Assembly: GCF_006345805.1 (NCBI RefSeq)
Contig: NC_042998.1
Span: 48,794,001-48,858,000 of the forward strand
Length of the DNA: 64,000 nucleotides
Direction of reading: 5' to 3'
From: Octopus sinensis
Lineage: Eukaryota
The position numbers were made by a program, and so were the translations under genes. Shown piece by piece: positions 48,627 to 61,945 of the stretch. The notes beneath the pieces are model-generated. The model saw nothing but the letters and a program-made list of their open reading frames with translations, was not told where the DNA came from and searched no databases. Position 1 is the first letter of the stretch; each line of letters begins with the position of its first letter.

Positions 48627-50330
48627 AACATTACAATATCAACCCTTGGCTGAATTTTACATTGAATTTGATGGACTAAACAAGCATTTTGAAAACAAAT
48701 GGGAAATTATTTAGATTTTATATTTAATTGTTAAAATTTGTAGTTTTCCTCAATGCAAATACATCTGTGCAAATGTACATCTGTCACCGTTCTCTAACTC
48801 ATATTTACTTAAGTAAAAACCTAAAATTAAATTCAAGTATTTTCTATTTAAAAAGTGACGTGCATTTATGTATTATTCTTTAATTGCATAAACTTTGCTT
48901 CTGTTAATTATGTGAACAAAAAGCAGGCTATACAATTTGTGAATGAATGTGTACGAGTGCATGTGTACATATACACAGACACACAGAGTCATATACTATG
49001 ACAATTATAGTTTTCTTTTTTGGTAAAATATTGCTTACTGCTGTCTATATGTGTGTGTGGGGGGGGTATCTGTCCATATATAGATATAGGTTTAGAAACA
49101 CCATACATACCATGCACTTGTAATGACACATCTAATATTTATACATATATTTCCATTTATGTACCACTATAATTACATGCTTATCTACTCACATAAACAT
49201 GTGCATATAGTTCCTTGTAGATCAATGTGTATCTGCATATATTCACAAGTTCCTATATAGCTACCTAACCTTCACATAGCTGTACCATACCTATCCATGC
49301 ACCTATGCATCTCTCTCTGAATGTGCGTAAATATTTATGAATATATATATCCATACACACACACATATATATAAGAATATATTGTATGTGTGTGTTGTGC
49401 GTGTCTGTGTATGCAGACATGAATTCAATGTATTTCATGCAGATATATTTGCATATAAATACATGTAAGGAAGTCTTACCTCTTTAATATATATATATAT
49501 ATATATATAACTGCTTACAACCATTCAATATAATTGAATTTCTTTATGATGAAAATAATTATACGTCTTGTAAATCAATTATTTCAATCATCAATGAAAT
49601 ATTTCCAAAGATGTCTGAATCTGTCTGAATTCCGAATCTATATTAACCAGTTTCTGAGACTCAAGAAATTGTTGATTGACACATTCATACACTATTCTAT
49701 TATAGTATATATGCAAATTTCTGGTCAGTCACATATATATATAATCATATATGCTTGTGATCATATAGATATGTATAAACACCATTATACACAATAGACA
49801 ACTATGTGTATTGTAAGGTATGTGTACACATATAATACATTTATATATTTGATATCTTTGATAGCACATCTGTTTGATAACTAGTATCCATGACTATTCA
49901 GAAGAATGTAATATGCCCAATTGATAAGCTTTCAATCATCAGCCTGACGCTTCTGTAATAAGCTCTTCAGAACTTGCTAGCTGCACTTCACCTCTATTGA
50001 AATTCACATGTTTCACCTGCTTCTTACAACCAATTTCTAGTTTTCTTTCCAAACTTCCACGCTAATTATTTCATTCCTAGAACCAATGTCTCGGAAAATT
50101 TCTATACCATGTGATTCCCACCGCCAGTTTTCACTAGCTTCCAATGGAGCGATGATGAAATGCAGAAACTTTGTTCACCTTTTGCATCTTTCTAGTCCTG
50201 GACTATGAGCAGTGACCTATCTTAACATTACTTGTTAATGAAATGAATAACAATGCAGGCATCTATATGTAAGTGGTCATGTGTGTGCATATATGTGCAT
50301 ATGTATATACATATATATATATATATATAT

Positions 50331-50716
50331 AATAAATATTAGGGAATAAATCCAAACTTACAGGGAAAAATCAGATTTAGGATTGAATCCAATTTTATAG
50401 TAAAATATTATATTATATTAAATTAGAGACAAAACCACTATTATGCAAATCAAACAAAGAAAGACTTAATCCAATACATAAATTAATTTATATTATTTAG
50501 AAATTTAACAATTATTAATATCCACTACGATCGTTTCATGTCTTCTTTTCATCACATCTACTCAAAGATGTGATGAAAAGAAGACATGAAACGATCGTAG
50601 TGGATATTAATAATTGTTAAATTTCTAAATAATATAAATTAATTTACGTATAGGATTAAGTCTTTCTTTGTTTGATTTGCATAATAGTGGTTTTGTCTCT
50701 AATTTAATATAATATA
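50331..50716. mobile_element. Fold-back element with 151-bp near-perfect arms in (TA)n
   Basis: Arms 50409-50559 / 50566-50716, two mismatches, 6-nt loop; each arm carries TGATGA..GAAA-CGATCG-TA near the apex. Confidence 0.85.
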
Positions 50717-51253
50717 TATATATATATATAACCCATGCTAGCATGGAAAACGGACGTTAAACGATGATAATAATAATGATAATAATATACGCATATGTAT
50801 ATACATATATATATAAATACATATATATGTACATATATATATATATACATATATATACATATATGTATACATATATATATATACAAATATACATATATAC
50901 ATATATATACATATATACATTTATACAAATACATATATATATACATATATACAAATATATATATATCCATATATATACATATACATATGTATATATGCAT
51001 ATACATATATCCATATATACACACACACACACATATATATATATATACACACACACACACATATATACATACACACACATATACACACACACACATATAT
51101 ATTGGGTTATCCGGAAAGTTCATGCCGATTTATAATAGCTTACCTTTCGAATTATTTTAGAACATGGTTGAGTCCATAAGATAGGATTTAACTACACCTC
51201 CATTTAAAGCACAGTTTAAGCTATCTTTTCATGAAGAAAGTTTATGTTCCTAT

Positions 51254-51459
51254 CCCCTCTCTCTCTTTTTCGGAGAGGCACAAGCACCTACACGCACATA
51301 TACACACACGGCAGTAACTTCCGCCTGCCGAATTCAATCACAAAGCTTCGGTCGGCTCGGGGCTATAGCGGAAGACACCTACCCAAAGTGCCACGCAGTG
51401 GGACTGAACCCGAAACCATGTAGCTAGGAAGCAAGCTCCCTAACCACACAGCCATGCCC
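51254..51459 (-). mobile_element. Family B SINE head half inserted in the mariner
   Basis: 8-bp TSD GTTCCTAT (51246-51253 / 51460-51467). Confidence 0.85.
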
Positions 51460-51496
51460 GTTCCTATAACCTGTGTTAATTCTGTAACCCTTTAAA

Positions 51497-52523
51497 ATGC
51501 AAGATAAGAAAGTTCATTTTTGGCACTTGATGCTTTTCTTTTTCCGTAAAGGGAAAAATGCCTCACAAGCAACCAAAGAAATATGCGCAGTTTACAGTGA
51601 TGTTTCTTTATCTGAAAGAACTGTACGGAAGTGGTTCACAAGGTTCCGAGCTGGAGATTGTAGCCTTATTGATAAAGAGCGATCAGGCAAACCATCCACT
51701 ACAGATGATGACCAAATCAAGTCATTAATTGAGAATAACCCACATTGCACAACCTGAGAATTGGCAGAAAGCCTCAACCTATCAAAAGCCATCATTCATG
51801 AGCACCTGCTAAAGCTTGGGTACACAAATCACTACGATGTTTGGGTACCACATGAGTTGAATGAGAAGAACCTTTTGGATCGCATTTCCATCTGTGATTC
51901 TCTTTATAAATGGAATGAAAACACGCCTTTTTTAAAGCAAATTGTGACAGGTGATGAAAAATGAATTATCTACCAAAATGTTCAGAGAAAGCAATCCTGG
52001 AGTAAGTGACGTGTCAGCATTAGCCACCCCAAAAGTGGGTCTTCACCCTAAAAAAGTCTTGCTTTGTGTCTGGTGGGATTGGAAAGGAATTCTGTACTAT
52101 GAGCTTCTCCCAAGTAACCAGACAATTAATTCTGAGAAATACTGCACCAAACTGGACGAGTTAAAAGCAGCAATTCAAGAGAAACGTCCAGAATTGGCCA
52201 ACAAGGAAGGGTGTTGTTTTCCATCATGATAATGCAAGGCTGCACGTTTCTTTGGGAACCAGACAAAAATTGCTGCAGCTTGGCTGGGATGTGTTACACC
52301 ACCCTCCATATTCACCAGATATTGCTCCTTCGGATTTCCACTTATTCAGGTCTCTGCAGAATAGTCTTAATGGTACAAATTTCAATTCCTTGGATGATGT
52401 AAAAAGATATTTGATGAATTCTTTGCCATGAAACCACCTCAATTCTGAGAAGAGGGTATTTTCAAGTTAAAGGAAAGATGGAAATGCATTGTGTAACAAA
52501 ATGGTTCATATTTGGTTGATTAA
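51497..52523 (+). pseudogene. Mariner D,D(34)D transposase pseudogene (mellifera-subfamily-like)
   Basis: HF..LMLFFFRKGKNASQA, WVPHEL, IVTGDEK*, HDNAR, YSPDIAPSDFHLF; stops at 51755 and 51962 plus frameshifts. Confidence 0.92.
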
Positions 52524-53578
52524 AAATGTAATGGCAAGTATTTATTGACCTTTTTCTTTCCTTTAAAAATCAGCATGAACTTTCCGGACAACCCAATATA
52601 TAATTGTTAAAGAGGACAACAAACATTAAGGCAAGGCAAACATCTCAAATCATCTACATTATTATTATTATTGGAAAAAAAATTCAAGGTATATATATAT
52701 GCATGTATGGATACTCACACACATACAAGTGAATATATGATCAAATGCTATGTTGCTCATATTACAATTCAGTTATTTCTGCCCAAATTCCCAATGTCAG
52801 TGCTGCTTAAAACACATGTCTATCTGCTATTGTTAGCAAGATAGTACACCGCTTTCAGTCAGTTGGCTAAATAAAAATATAGAAAAACAAAGTGACATAT
52901 GTTCCTGCACATTTCACATGTCTCTGGTCATGGCTGAAACTCTTTGTGTTGCATTGATAGTATTGTTGATTAGTCACACATGAGACTTACATCCAATCTT
53001 TATTTCAGTGATACAGTCAGAAATTCATTCCAATCAAAAATGACATTATCTGCAAATACAGAGCATTTACATGCAGATACTTCGGTTTCTTTCCTTTCAA
53101 CATTCTATCAGATCATCATGCAAGAAATTCCCAATTGTGCAACAGCATTCCACAGTCGTGTAGGTATTCATATAACCTATCCATAAATCACTTTCTCTAA
53201 TTGTGGTTATGTCTCTTTGACATTCTAATCTTGTCTGTTATCTGTCCTGATTAACTGAGCATGTAAATGTTGGCAGAGTTCAAGATCAGACAGGTGATAT
53301 TTTGATCATTTTAATATGTTCCAAGTTTCTAACATGATCTGTCATTTTGAGGATAACATAGCTCTGTAATTTGAACGTTTAATGTTTCTTATGTACCCTC
53401 GTTGAAATGTCTCACAGTTTTGGATTTATTTTCTCTTATGTGTTGATAAATGCTCAGACACATAAACACATACACACACACACATGCTTGTGTGTGTCTG
53501 TGTGTGTGTGTAGGTATATACACATATATATATGTAATATATACATATATGTATATGCTCATTCATATAGATATATAT

Positions 53579-53650
<72 letters not shown>

Positions 53651-54159
53651 TTATTTTGACTGATTATTTTGCCATTTCTCTAATCTATTTTAGAGGATGA
53701 AACTTAAATTGCAACCAGATTGTCAGTTTAAATAAATAAACATGTATGTATGTATTGTCAGATCACTTACAGTGTTATTTGTAACAATATGTGACCCAGT
53801 GAAACTTACTGCATGATCAGGTCATTTGCAACTGAACCAGCAACTCAACCAAACCTGCTTAGTAAGGAGAGAAGTTCTTGTTGGACACTCTCATCATCAT
53901 CATCCAGTGTTTTAAATCCAGGTTTTGTCCCCATATGTGTGTATAAGTTTCACCATAAATATATAAAAGCGCTCAATACACTCTTGTATTAAAAATGTGT
54001 AAAGTTAAGCGGTGTGTGAGTGTGTGTATGAGAGAGAGAGAGAGAGATTGTGTATGTGTATGCGTGTGTGTGTGTGTGTGTTTATGTGTGTGTGTGTGTG
54101 ATAGTCTGAAACATTCTCAAATGGCTGTAAACAGAAACTGCATATTTCCGATATCTGCT

Positions 54160-54345
54160 CTTTCACTCTTTTGCTTGTTTCAGTTATCGGACTGCAGCCA
54201 TGTTGGAGTACCACCCCAGGACTTATTCATTGCAATCCTAGTACTTATTCTATCAATTTCTTTTGCCGAACTGCTAAGCAGCAGGGACATAAACGCATCA
54301 ACATCAGTTGTCAAACTATGGTGGGAAAACAAACACAGACACGCA

Positions 54346-54396
<51 letters not shown>

Positions 54397-54545
54397 TGGG
54401 TGTCTTTCAGTTTCCGTCTACCAAATCCACTCACAAGGCTTTGGTCAGCCCGAGGCTATAGTAGAAGACACTTGCCATGTAGCAGGACTGAACCCAGAAC
54501 CATGTGGTTGGGAAGCAAGTTTCTTACCACACAGTCACACCTGCA
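54160..54545 (-). mobile_element. SINE family B
   Basis: Reverse complement, internal (TA)n, CpG-decayed. Confidence 0.88.
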
Positions 54546-54739
54546 CTTATTTATTTGCATAAATATGTGTAATATATCCATCATTATATGTTGGTCATTC
54601 TAGTCCTTGAGATAACTCATATGCTATGTAACATCATATTATTATCATATACAACAGGTAACATCATCAACAACAACAACAACAAATTATATCAGTAAGA
54701 AAACCTCTATGTAGCTACTCAATCTACTAAATCCATCTT

Positions 54740-55290
54740 ATCAAGTTGGGTGACTTGTCTGGATCAGTACAACTGTTCCATGGTAGCTGTCGCAATCTTT
54801 CATAGCAGTCTTCATATCCTCAATTTGATATCCAGTGATATCTACAATTTCATTAACAGATGCTATTCTTGTTCTGTCAGTATCTATATGTGCATGCATG
54901 AGTACATATTTGAGAATGCTTTGTGCTTTTCTCAGTTTTTCCTGGCAGCAACACCCTTCAAAGCAGCCACTGCATAGCAGTCTTCCTATCATCACCTCAT
55001 TAATCAGAGAAACAAAAACCCATTATGCAGCAGACAGTGGTAGGAAGTACAATTAGAGAATTGTTATTGGGGCCTTCTACTCTACAAAAGTTGAAGATTG
55101 ATGCTTTTATGTTTCGTGTAGTACATCCATCCCAGCCAAAAAGCATTGCAAGTTTGAGGCTCTACCATTAGCCACAATGATATACTAAAAATTAATCATA
55201 GCATCCTCTGCTTGAGCATGTGCCTGATGCTCTCCCTAGCTGTGGGGCCCAATTTGAGCAAATCTGTCTAATTGACTTAAAACCAGCCCT
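54740..55290 (+). mobile_element. Decayed RTE-clade LINE 3' fragment
   Basis: STYLRMLCAFLSFSWQQHPSKQPLHSSLPIITSLIRE resembles the RTE C-terminal YTRMLR.ALNISW..HP..LY..LP.I...IRERR pattern. Confidence 0.65.
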
Positions 55291-55799
55291 GCTACTGGAG
55301 AAGCAAGGATGAAGTATCCAGAGATTTCATTCTCTGGCAACCCACTCTTGTCCATACAGGTATTAGCAGCCTACTAAAAATAGCCACTAAATTTCCCTCA
55401 AATTACTCCCAAACCATCTTGAATTGAATGTCGCTTTAAAGTGAATGTCACTGTCTCGAAAACAACAACAGGATGATCATAGTTGGAACAACTTTCATCA
55501 CATCCTTAATCTGCTCAATGAGGGATAACAAGTGTTGGATACATGTAACAAAAACATCAATAGCAAACCTTATACCCACCTCAATTCTCCCTATATTTCT
55601 TTTCCAACTTGCACAGTCATCACCAAAAATGTTTCATATTTCACTGAGACAAATAGGGATTTCCAGTCTTTTGGAATTAAATTATCTCCAATTCATAAGG
55701 AATTATCTCCTATTACTCAAGGATATTCTAAACATCTCTTGAAGTATTTAAAAATGACTCACATCTTGTTTTTCTTGTTTTTAGTTTTTTTTAATTGGA

Positions 55800-56830
55800 T
55801 TTATCATGTGTCGTAGTCTTTTATCCATTCTTAAAAGTCCCAGGTTCCTGAGATCTTATTTCATAGCAGTAGTTATACATCTTCCTTGATCCTCTTTTAT
55901 AGATACAGTCAGCACATAGCATTATTTCACCCAGCTTTCATTCATCTGAATTAAAACATCCGTTCTTATGCCATCCTCTCTCCTCTTACAGTTAGCCAAT
56001 GGCTTCTACACAAAACCCATTCATTCAAGTTAATTGTATTACACTTTTATGCAGATTATCATTACATATTCATTGATTTATGCAGCCCTTATTTTCTCTT
56101 TCTAATCTCTTCTTTCTAGTCTCAACAGATCATTTACATTCAATACCCATGTCTAAATATACTGCATCTTTATAGTTTGTCTTTCAAACAAAAGACAAAC
56201 TGAAGATGAAGTGTAGTTAGGCATAGGTATTGAATGTTACCAACAGAGTCATCATTTCCTTTAATTCTTTCATGCTTTCTTTACAGTAGTGACTTTTGCT
56301 TGTGTAATAGCCAGCTCTGGTTACCTTGGTGACTATAAAATGTTAAACGATGTCTAGTGAGCAATCTAAGTAATTCATGAATTCATTTTATGCTTGTCTC
56401 AGTTTCTAAATACTACATCAGAATGCCTAATTCTTTATCAGTCTATGAGTGATCTCACTGCATCTGTTGTGTACCTATTGCTTAACTGGGACTGATTACA
56501 TAATGAGCAAGGCTAATGTGCAGATAGCATTTTTGTTACTAACTAGAAATTTGGTCTTTGACATATTGACCGTCAGGCCTTTCAGAGCTGGAAGTTTGGT
56601 CATGAAGACCTTCGGATTTTTTGATTTTTTTATTTAGCTTTAAGACACTTTCTGCAGCTCCAACAAAATCTGTAGTGAAAGCCTGATCATCAGTATATAT
56701 AAGTTTCCAAGAGCTTCCAGCCTTAAATTCCCTAATTAACCACCATAGATGATTGCTGCTCCTTGAACAGCAATCATCTGAAATTCACTCTTTGCACCTC
56801 ATTTTTTCTGCCAAAATTGACATGCAGATA
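55800..56830 (-). mobile_element. Decayed RTE-clade LINE (RT to C-terminus)
   Basis: Minus strand gives REFKAGSSWKLIYTDD (YADD-like), LKGLTVNMSKTKFLVS and LNVNDLLRLERR. Confidence 0.75.
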
Positions 56831-57464
56831 TTCAAATTGAATATATACTGTATTGATCTCATCAGTTTTGGAAATCCTATGTAGTCGTAAAAGAAGTAAA
56901 TTCAGTATAAAAAGAAAACATGGAAATCTCGCAGTGCAGAGTGAAAAGAAATAATGTTAGATCCAGGTCCTTTATCATAAACAACACAATCAATACATGC
57001 CAAGCCAATAACGGTGCATCTAATTAACCATTCAGTCAACTAGAAAAAGCAGTCAAATCTCTCTCAAATCACACCCCATACTTTAAAAAAAAAGGTGGGA
57101 AATTACACATCAGATCTTGTAGTCTTAGATGCTTCAAAGGAAAAGGTGAGATGGTCACCTTTGGAGCAGCTTTGATCATAGGATTACTCCATCAAGATTA
57201 ACTTTTGTCAAACTATAATAATACTATGCATACAGTAGACATGAACTGAAAGGTTGGCTTATCCACTAATTAAACATAGATAGGCAATTTCTGTGTCATA
57301 CATGTATGTATATGAAATCTGTTAAAATGAATTAAAATGGCTTCATCTGAGAATCGAAACAAGCAGTGGTATGTGATGGTTGTCACAGAGTGTGCTACAG
57401 TATTGAACCAGGTATACTCGTTACTCAAAAATAACCATACTATCATTAAGCTTTTCCTTTCATT

Positions 57465-57683
57465 TTTTTATCTTTTACTTGTTTCAGTCATTAGACTGCA
57501 GTCATTATGGGGCACTTTCTTGAAGAGTTTTTTAGCAAAGCAAATGAACTCCAGTACATTTTTTTTAAGCCTGACACTTATTCTATCAGCTTCTTTTGCC
57601 AAACTGCTAAGTTATAGGGACAAAAACAAAACAACACCAGTTGCCAAGCAGTGGTGGAGGATAAACACAAACAATAAGAAACA

Positions 57684-57726
<43 letters not shown>

Positions 57727-58620
57727 ATGGGCTTTTTTCAGTTCCGTCTACTAAATCCACTCACAAGGTTTTGGTTGGCCCAAGGCTATAGTATATGACA
57801 CTTGCCCAAGGTGACTCACAATGAGAAATACAGCTTAAACCAGACTTAATTATTGTTTTGTGTGTGTATTTATTTGGTTTAGAATAAGATTATAACCACT
57901 TTAAATCATGGCACTTCAAGAGCAGAATTATTATATATAAAAAAACATAATTGGTAGGAGTTCAGTGCTGCCTTCACACACCAACAAAGTTGCAGGGCTC
58001 AATATCTCTCAGTTAAGTATCTCACTTATTCAGTACCTCTTTGGCTGAGCATTTCTCAGTTATATGTATATTAAATTATCATGGATGTGTGCTAAGAATC
58101 TTGCTTCCCAGCCATATAGTTCTGAGTTCAGTCCCACTGTGTCACACCTTGGACAAGTGTCTTCTACTATAGTCCTGAACCAACCAAAGCTTTGTGAGTG
58201 GATTTGGTGTATGTGTATGTGTGCACATCTTCATGATTGTGTTTACTCCCCACAACTGCTTCACAACTTCACAACTGGTGTTGGTTTGTTTAACCCTTTA
58301 GCATTTAAACTGGGCAATTGACTTCTACTATAGCCTTGGGCTGATCAAAGCCTTGTGAGTGGATTTGGGAGACAGAAATTGAAAGAAGCCCATCGTTGTG
58401 TGTGTGTGTGTGCTTGTGCATCTGTCCACCCACCATCACTTGACAACCAATATTGGTGTGTTTAGGTCCCTGTAACTTAGCAGTTCAACAAAAGAGCCTG
58501 AGAGAATAAGTACTAGGCTTACAAAGAATAAGTACTGGGGTTGATTTGTTCAACTAAAGCTGGTGCTCCAGCATGGCCGCAGTCAAATGACTGAAAACAA
58601 TTAAGAGAATAAAAGAAAAA
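57465..58620. mobile_element. Family B SINEs: minus copy 57465-57820; plus copy with duplicated head 58075-58620
   Basis: Family B motifs; ACTTCTACTATAG..AAAGC(C/T)TTGTGAGTGGATTTGG occurs twice in the plus copy. Confidence 0.85.
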
Positions 58621-58729
58621 ATGATACACAATTTCTATTTTCTCTCCTATCTACAACACTATTTCTTATTGTTTTCTGTGTGTGGTATGTGGTATCCTTC
58701 ATCTTATGCCCTTGTGACCAACAAAGATA

Positions 58730-58950
58730 TGTTTCTTTATTACCCACAAGGGGCTAAACACAGAGGGGACAAACAAGGACAGACAAACGAATTAAGTCGA
58801 TTACATCGACCCCAGTGCGTGACTGGTACTCAATTTATCGACCCCGAAAGGATGAAAGACAAAGTCGACCTCGGCAGAATTTGAACTCAGAACATAACGG
58901 CAGACGAAATACGGCTACACATTTCACCCAGTATGCTAATGGTTCTGCCA
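58730..58950 (-). mobile_element. Low-divergence SINE family A (minus)
   Basis: Reverse complement of 32403-32635; most CpGs retained. Confidence 0.9.
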
Positions 58951-59519
58951 AGATATTACCATTATTGCTGCTGCCATTGTTGTTGTTGCAAATATGAGCA
59001 TGTGGATGGTGATGGGAATAGTAATCAGAAGAGGATTGATGATATCATCAATGCCATTAGCAACATCTTTAACATGCAACACTTGAGATGCCTAACATTT
59101 CCAAATGTTAAATAATATGATAACATGGCACATTTATTTGAGACATCAATGAATGAAATATTTCCCTCGCATCATGTTACATATTTTCACTCAGCAAAAT
59201 ATTTTAACTATGTCACCAATATGTGAAATATCTCCCAATTAATGAGAATTGTATATATACATATTATACAGACACACAAAACACATATATATATTTATGT
59301 AGGGAGAGACGTAGAGAGAGTGAGAGAGATGAACATGCTCATTTCAGAATAAAAACAAAAAAATTCATTGAAATGCTGCAATAAAATATCAACTTGAAAT
59401 TTATTACTCTCTGGATCAAAAAATAAATAATATTCACTGTTGTGGTAGAGACCCAGAGAATGTGTTTCATCTAAGGTTGTAACAGAAGAGCATTAACAAA
59501 ATATGCAGAATTTTCAATA

Positions 59520-59556
59520 CATCATGTAGCTGCTATATAAATATGTGTGTGTGTAC

Positions 59557-59613
<57 letters not shown>

Positions 59614-59680
59614 TATATATGTCTGTATATCTATATATGTATATATATATATGTATATATATACATATATATATAATACG

Positions 59681-59715
<35 letters not shown>

Positions 59716-59737
59716 TTATATACATATGTATATATAC

Positions 59738-59775
<38 letters not shown>

Positions 59776-59917
59776 TATATATATATACATATGTATATAT
59801 ATGCATATATATATATATACATATTATATATATACATATGTATATATATGTATATATATATAATACATATATATATATATTACAGTGTATATATAGTATA
59901 TATATATATATATATTG

Positions 59918-59949
<32 letters not shown>

Positions 59950-60109
59950 CATATGTATATATATGTAGATATACAATAATATATATACATATGTATATAT
60001 AAACATATGTATATATATATACATATGTATATATATGTATATATATTATATATAATATATACAATATGTATATATATATACATATGTATATACGTATATA
60101 TAGATATAT

Positions 60110-60149
<40 letters not shown>

Positions 60150-60150
60150 C
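59520..60150. repeat. Degenerate (TA)n array
   Basis: Direct reading. Confidence 0.95.
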
Positions 60151-60310
60151 ATCATCATCATTTAACGTCCGTTTCCGCGCGCTAGCACGGGTTGGACGGT
60201 TTCGACCGGGGTCTGGGGAGCTCGGGACTGCCCCAGGCTCCAGTCTAGTCTGGCAGTGTTCTACAGCTGGATGCCCTTCCTAACGCCAACCATCCGCGAG
60301 TAGTGTAGTG
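60150..60310 (-). mobile_element. RTE-type 3' end with (GAT)n tail
   Basis: CATCATCATCATTTAACGTCCGTTTCC..GCTGGATGCCCTTCCTAACGCCAACC. Confidence 0.8.
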
Positions 60311-60317
60311 GGTGTTT

Positions 60318-60365
<48 letters not shown>

Positions 60366-60464
60366 AAGAGAGAGAGAGAGAGCATCATCATCATTTAACA
60401 GCTGTTTCCTGTGCTGGCACGGGTTGGATCATATCTATCTATAGGTGCAGACATGTCTGTTTTG

Positions 60465-60975
60465 TAAGAAGTTTGCTCCCCAATCACATGGTTTGAGTTC
60501 TGTCCCACTGTATGGCACCTTGGGCCAGTGCCTTGAACTATAGTCTTGAGCCTTGGGCCAACAAAAGTCTGGTGGGTGGATTTGGTAGACAGAACCTGAA
60601 AGAAGTCTGTCACGCCAGCTTAATTTAATTTGTCCTTAGTTGAAAGACACCTGTTGTTATGTCCTGTTTATTGCATTTGTATTTGTGTAACATTTCTTTG
60701 TTTTTTTACATCCTTGTTTTCGTATACATTCACTGCTTTCTTCCAAGGAATCTAATGCTCTTAGCTTGGTTTTTCCTTGGGGATGGCCAGATTGGAGCAA
60801 TCTCAAGTATAACCAGTTGAAGTTGCAAAGATAATCTGGAACTCGACTGAGGATAGAAAACACCGAATGACCCGTCCTTGTTTTCTTTGTATCGTCTGTT
60901 TGGATGTTTTGTTGTCTCTTTTTTGTATCACCTAACTGTCTGGATGTTTTGCGTTCTTGTCCCATTTTTGTAATT

Positions 60976-61042
<67 letters not shown>

Positions 61043-61290
61043 TGTATAACTGTGTGTGAGCCTATATATCTGTGTTTATCCCTCACCAACACTTGACAAA
61101 CAATGTTGATATGTTGGTTTGTTTATGTTCCTGTAACTTAGCTGTTTAGTTTAAGAGACCAATGGATCAAATACCAAGCTTAAAAAATTATAAGTTCTGG
61201 ATTCAATTTTTTTGACTAAAATCCTTCAAGTTTGCACCCCAGCACAGGCACAGTCCAATGACTGAAGCAAGCAAAACATAAAAGAGAATA
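60465..61290 (+). mobile_element. Family B SINE split by a 365-bp pLTR-like insertion (about 60612-60977)
   Basis: Head ends ..GAAAGAAGTCTGTCA; the insert carries CTGAGGA..GAAT and a T-rich tail; (TA)n follows; the family B tail resumes near 61070. Confidence 0.8.
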
Positions 61291-61824
61291 TATATATATA
61301 TATGTATATGGGCCAGATATCAGTTATGTTAGTAATTGTATTCTAGATAGGGTTATCCATAAGGTCAGCGAGCATGTTAGCTTGAGTCTATGAGGTGGTA
61401 CCACAGAGATGATACACTGGTTTGAACAATTCTGCAGTAAGAGCAATACCTGAACACAGAAAATTGCACCCATTGATTTCTCGCATTTTATTCAATGAAG
61501 TACTTTTTTTTGCCCAGAAGTTTATACACATACATACATACAGACATATAAATGTGTGGTGTGTATATATATATATATGTATGTATGTATGTATATATGT
61601 ATGTCCCTCTCTACATGCATGCATACATACATACATATATATATATACATATACACAAACACACATATATATGAGAAACTGTACAGTTTGCTACACAGCT
61701 CAACTACCCACAAATCTTAGACTTTTGAAAATCAACCAAATGTGAAACCGGTTAATTGCATTAATATTAATATAAATAAGTCTTCTTATACACATTTAGT
61801 GCATTTTCAATTTCTTTTATTTCC

Positions 61825-61827
61825 TAG

Positions 61828-61864
<37 letters not shown>

Positions 61865-61865
61865 C

Positions 61866-61945
<80 letters not shown>

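Larger units (their letters stand above)
51102..52596 (+). mobile_element. Full-length mariner transposon, non-functional
   Basis: 30-bp TIRs TTGGGTTATCCGGAAAGTTCATGCCGATTT (28/30 match), TA on both sides, SINE inserted in the 5' leader. Confidence 0.95.

Noticed and set aside
49920-49950. Minus-strand CTGATGA-TT-GAAAGCTT, HHR-like
   Set aside because: No stem II and no stem I pairing; likely a chance match.
49900-50250. Minus-strand peptide scraps (WKLVKTGGG, HFIIAPLE) hinting at a Myb/SANT or RLE domain
   Set aside because: Motifs are out of order and across frames with stops; not supportable.
53830-53880. Minus-strand mini-exon with a GTAAGT donor
   Set aside because: All three frames contain stops; no further support.
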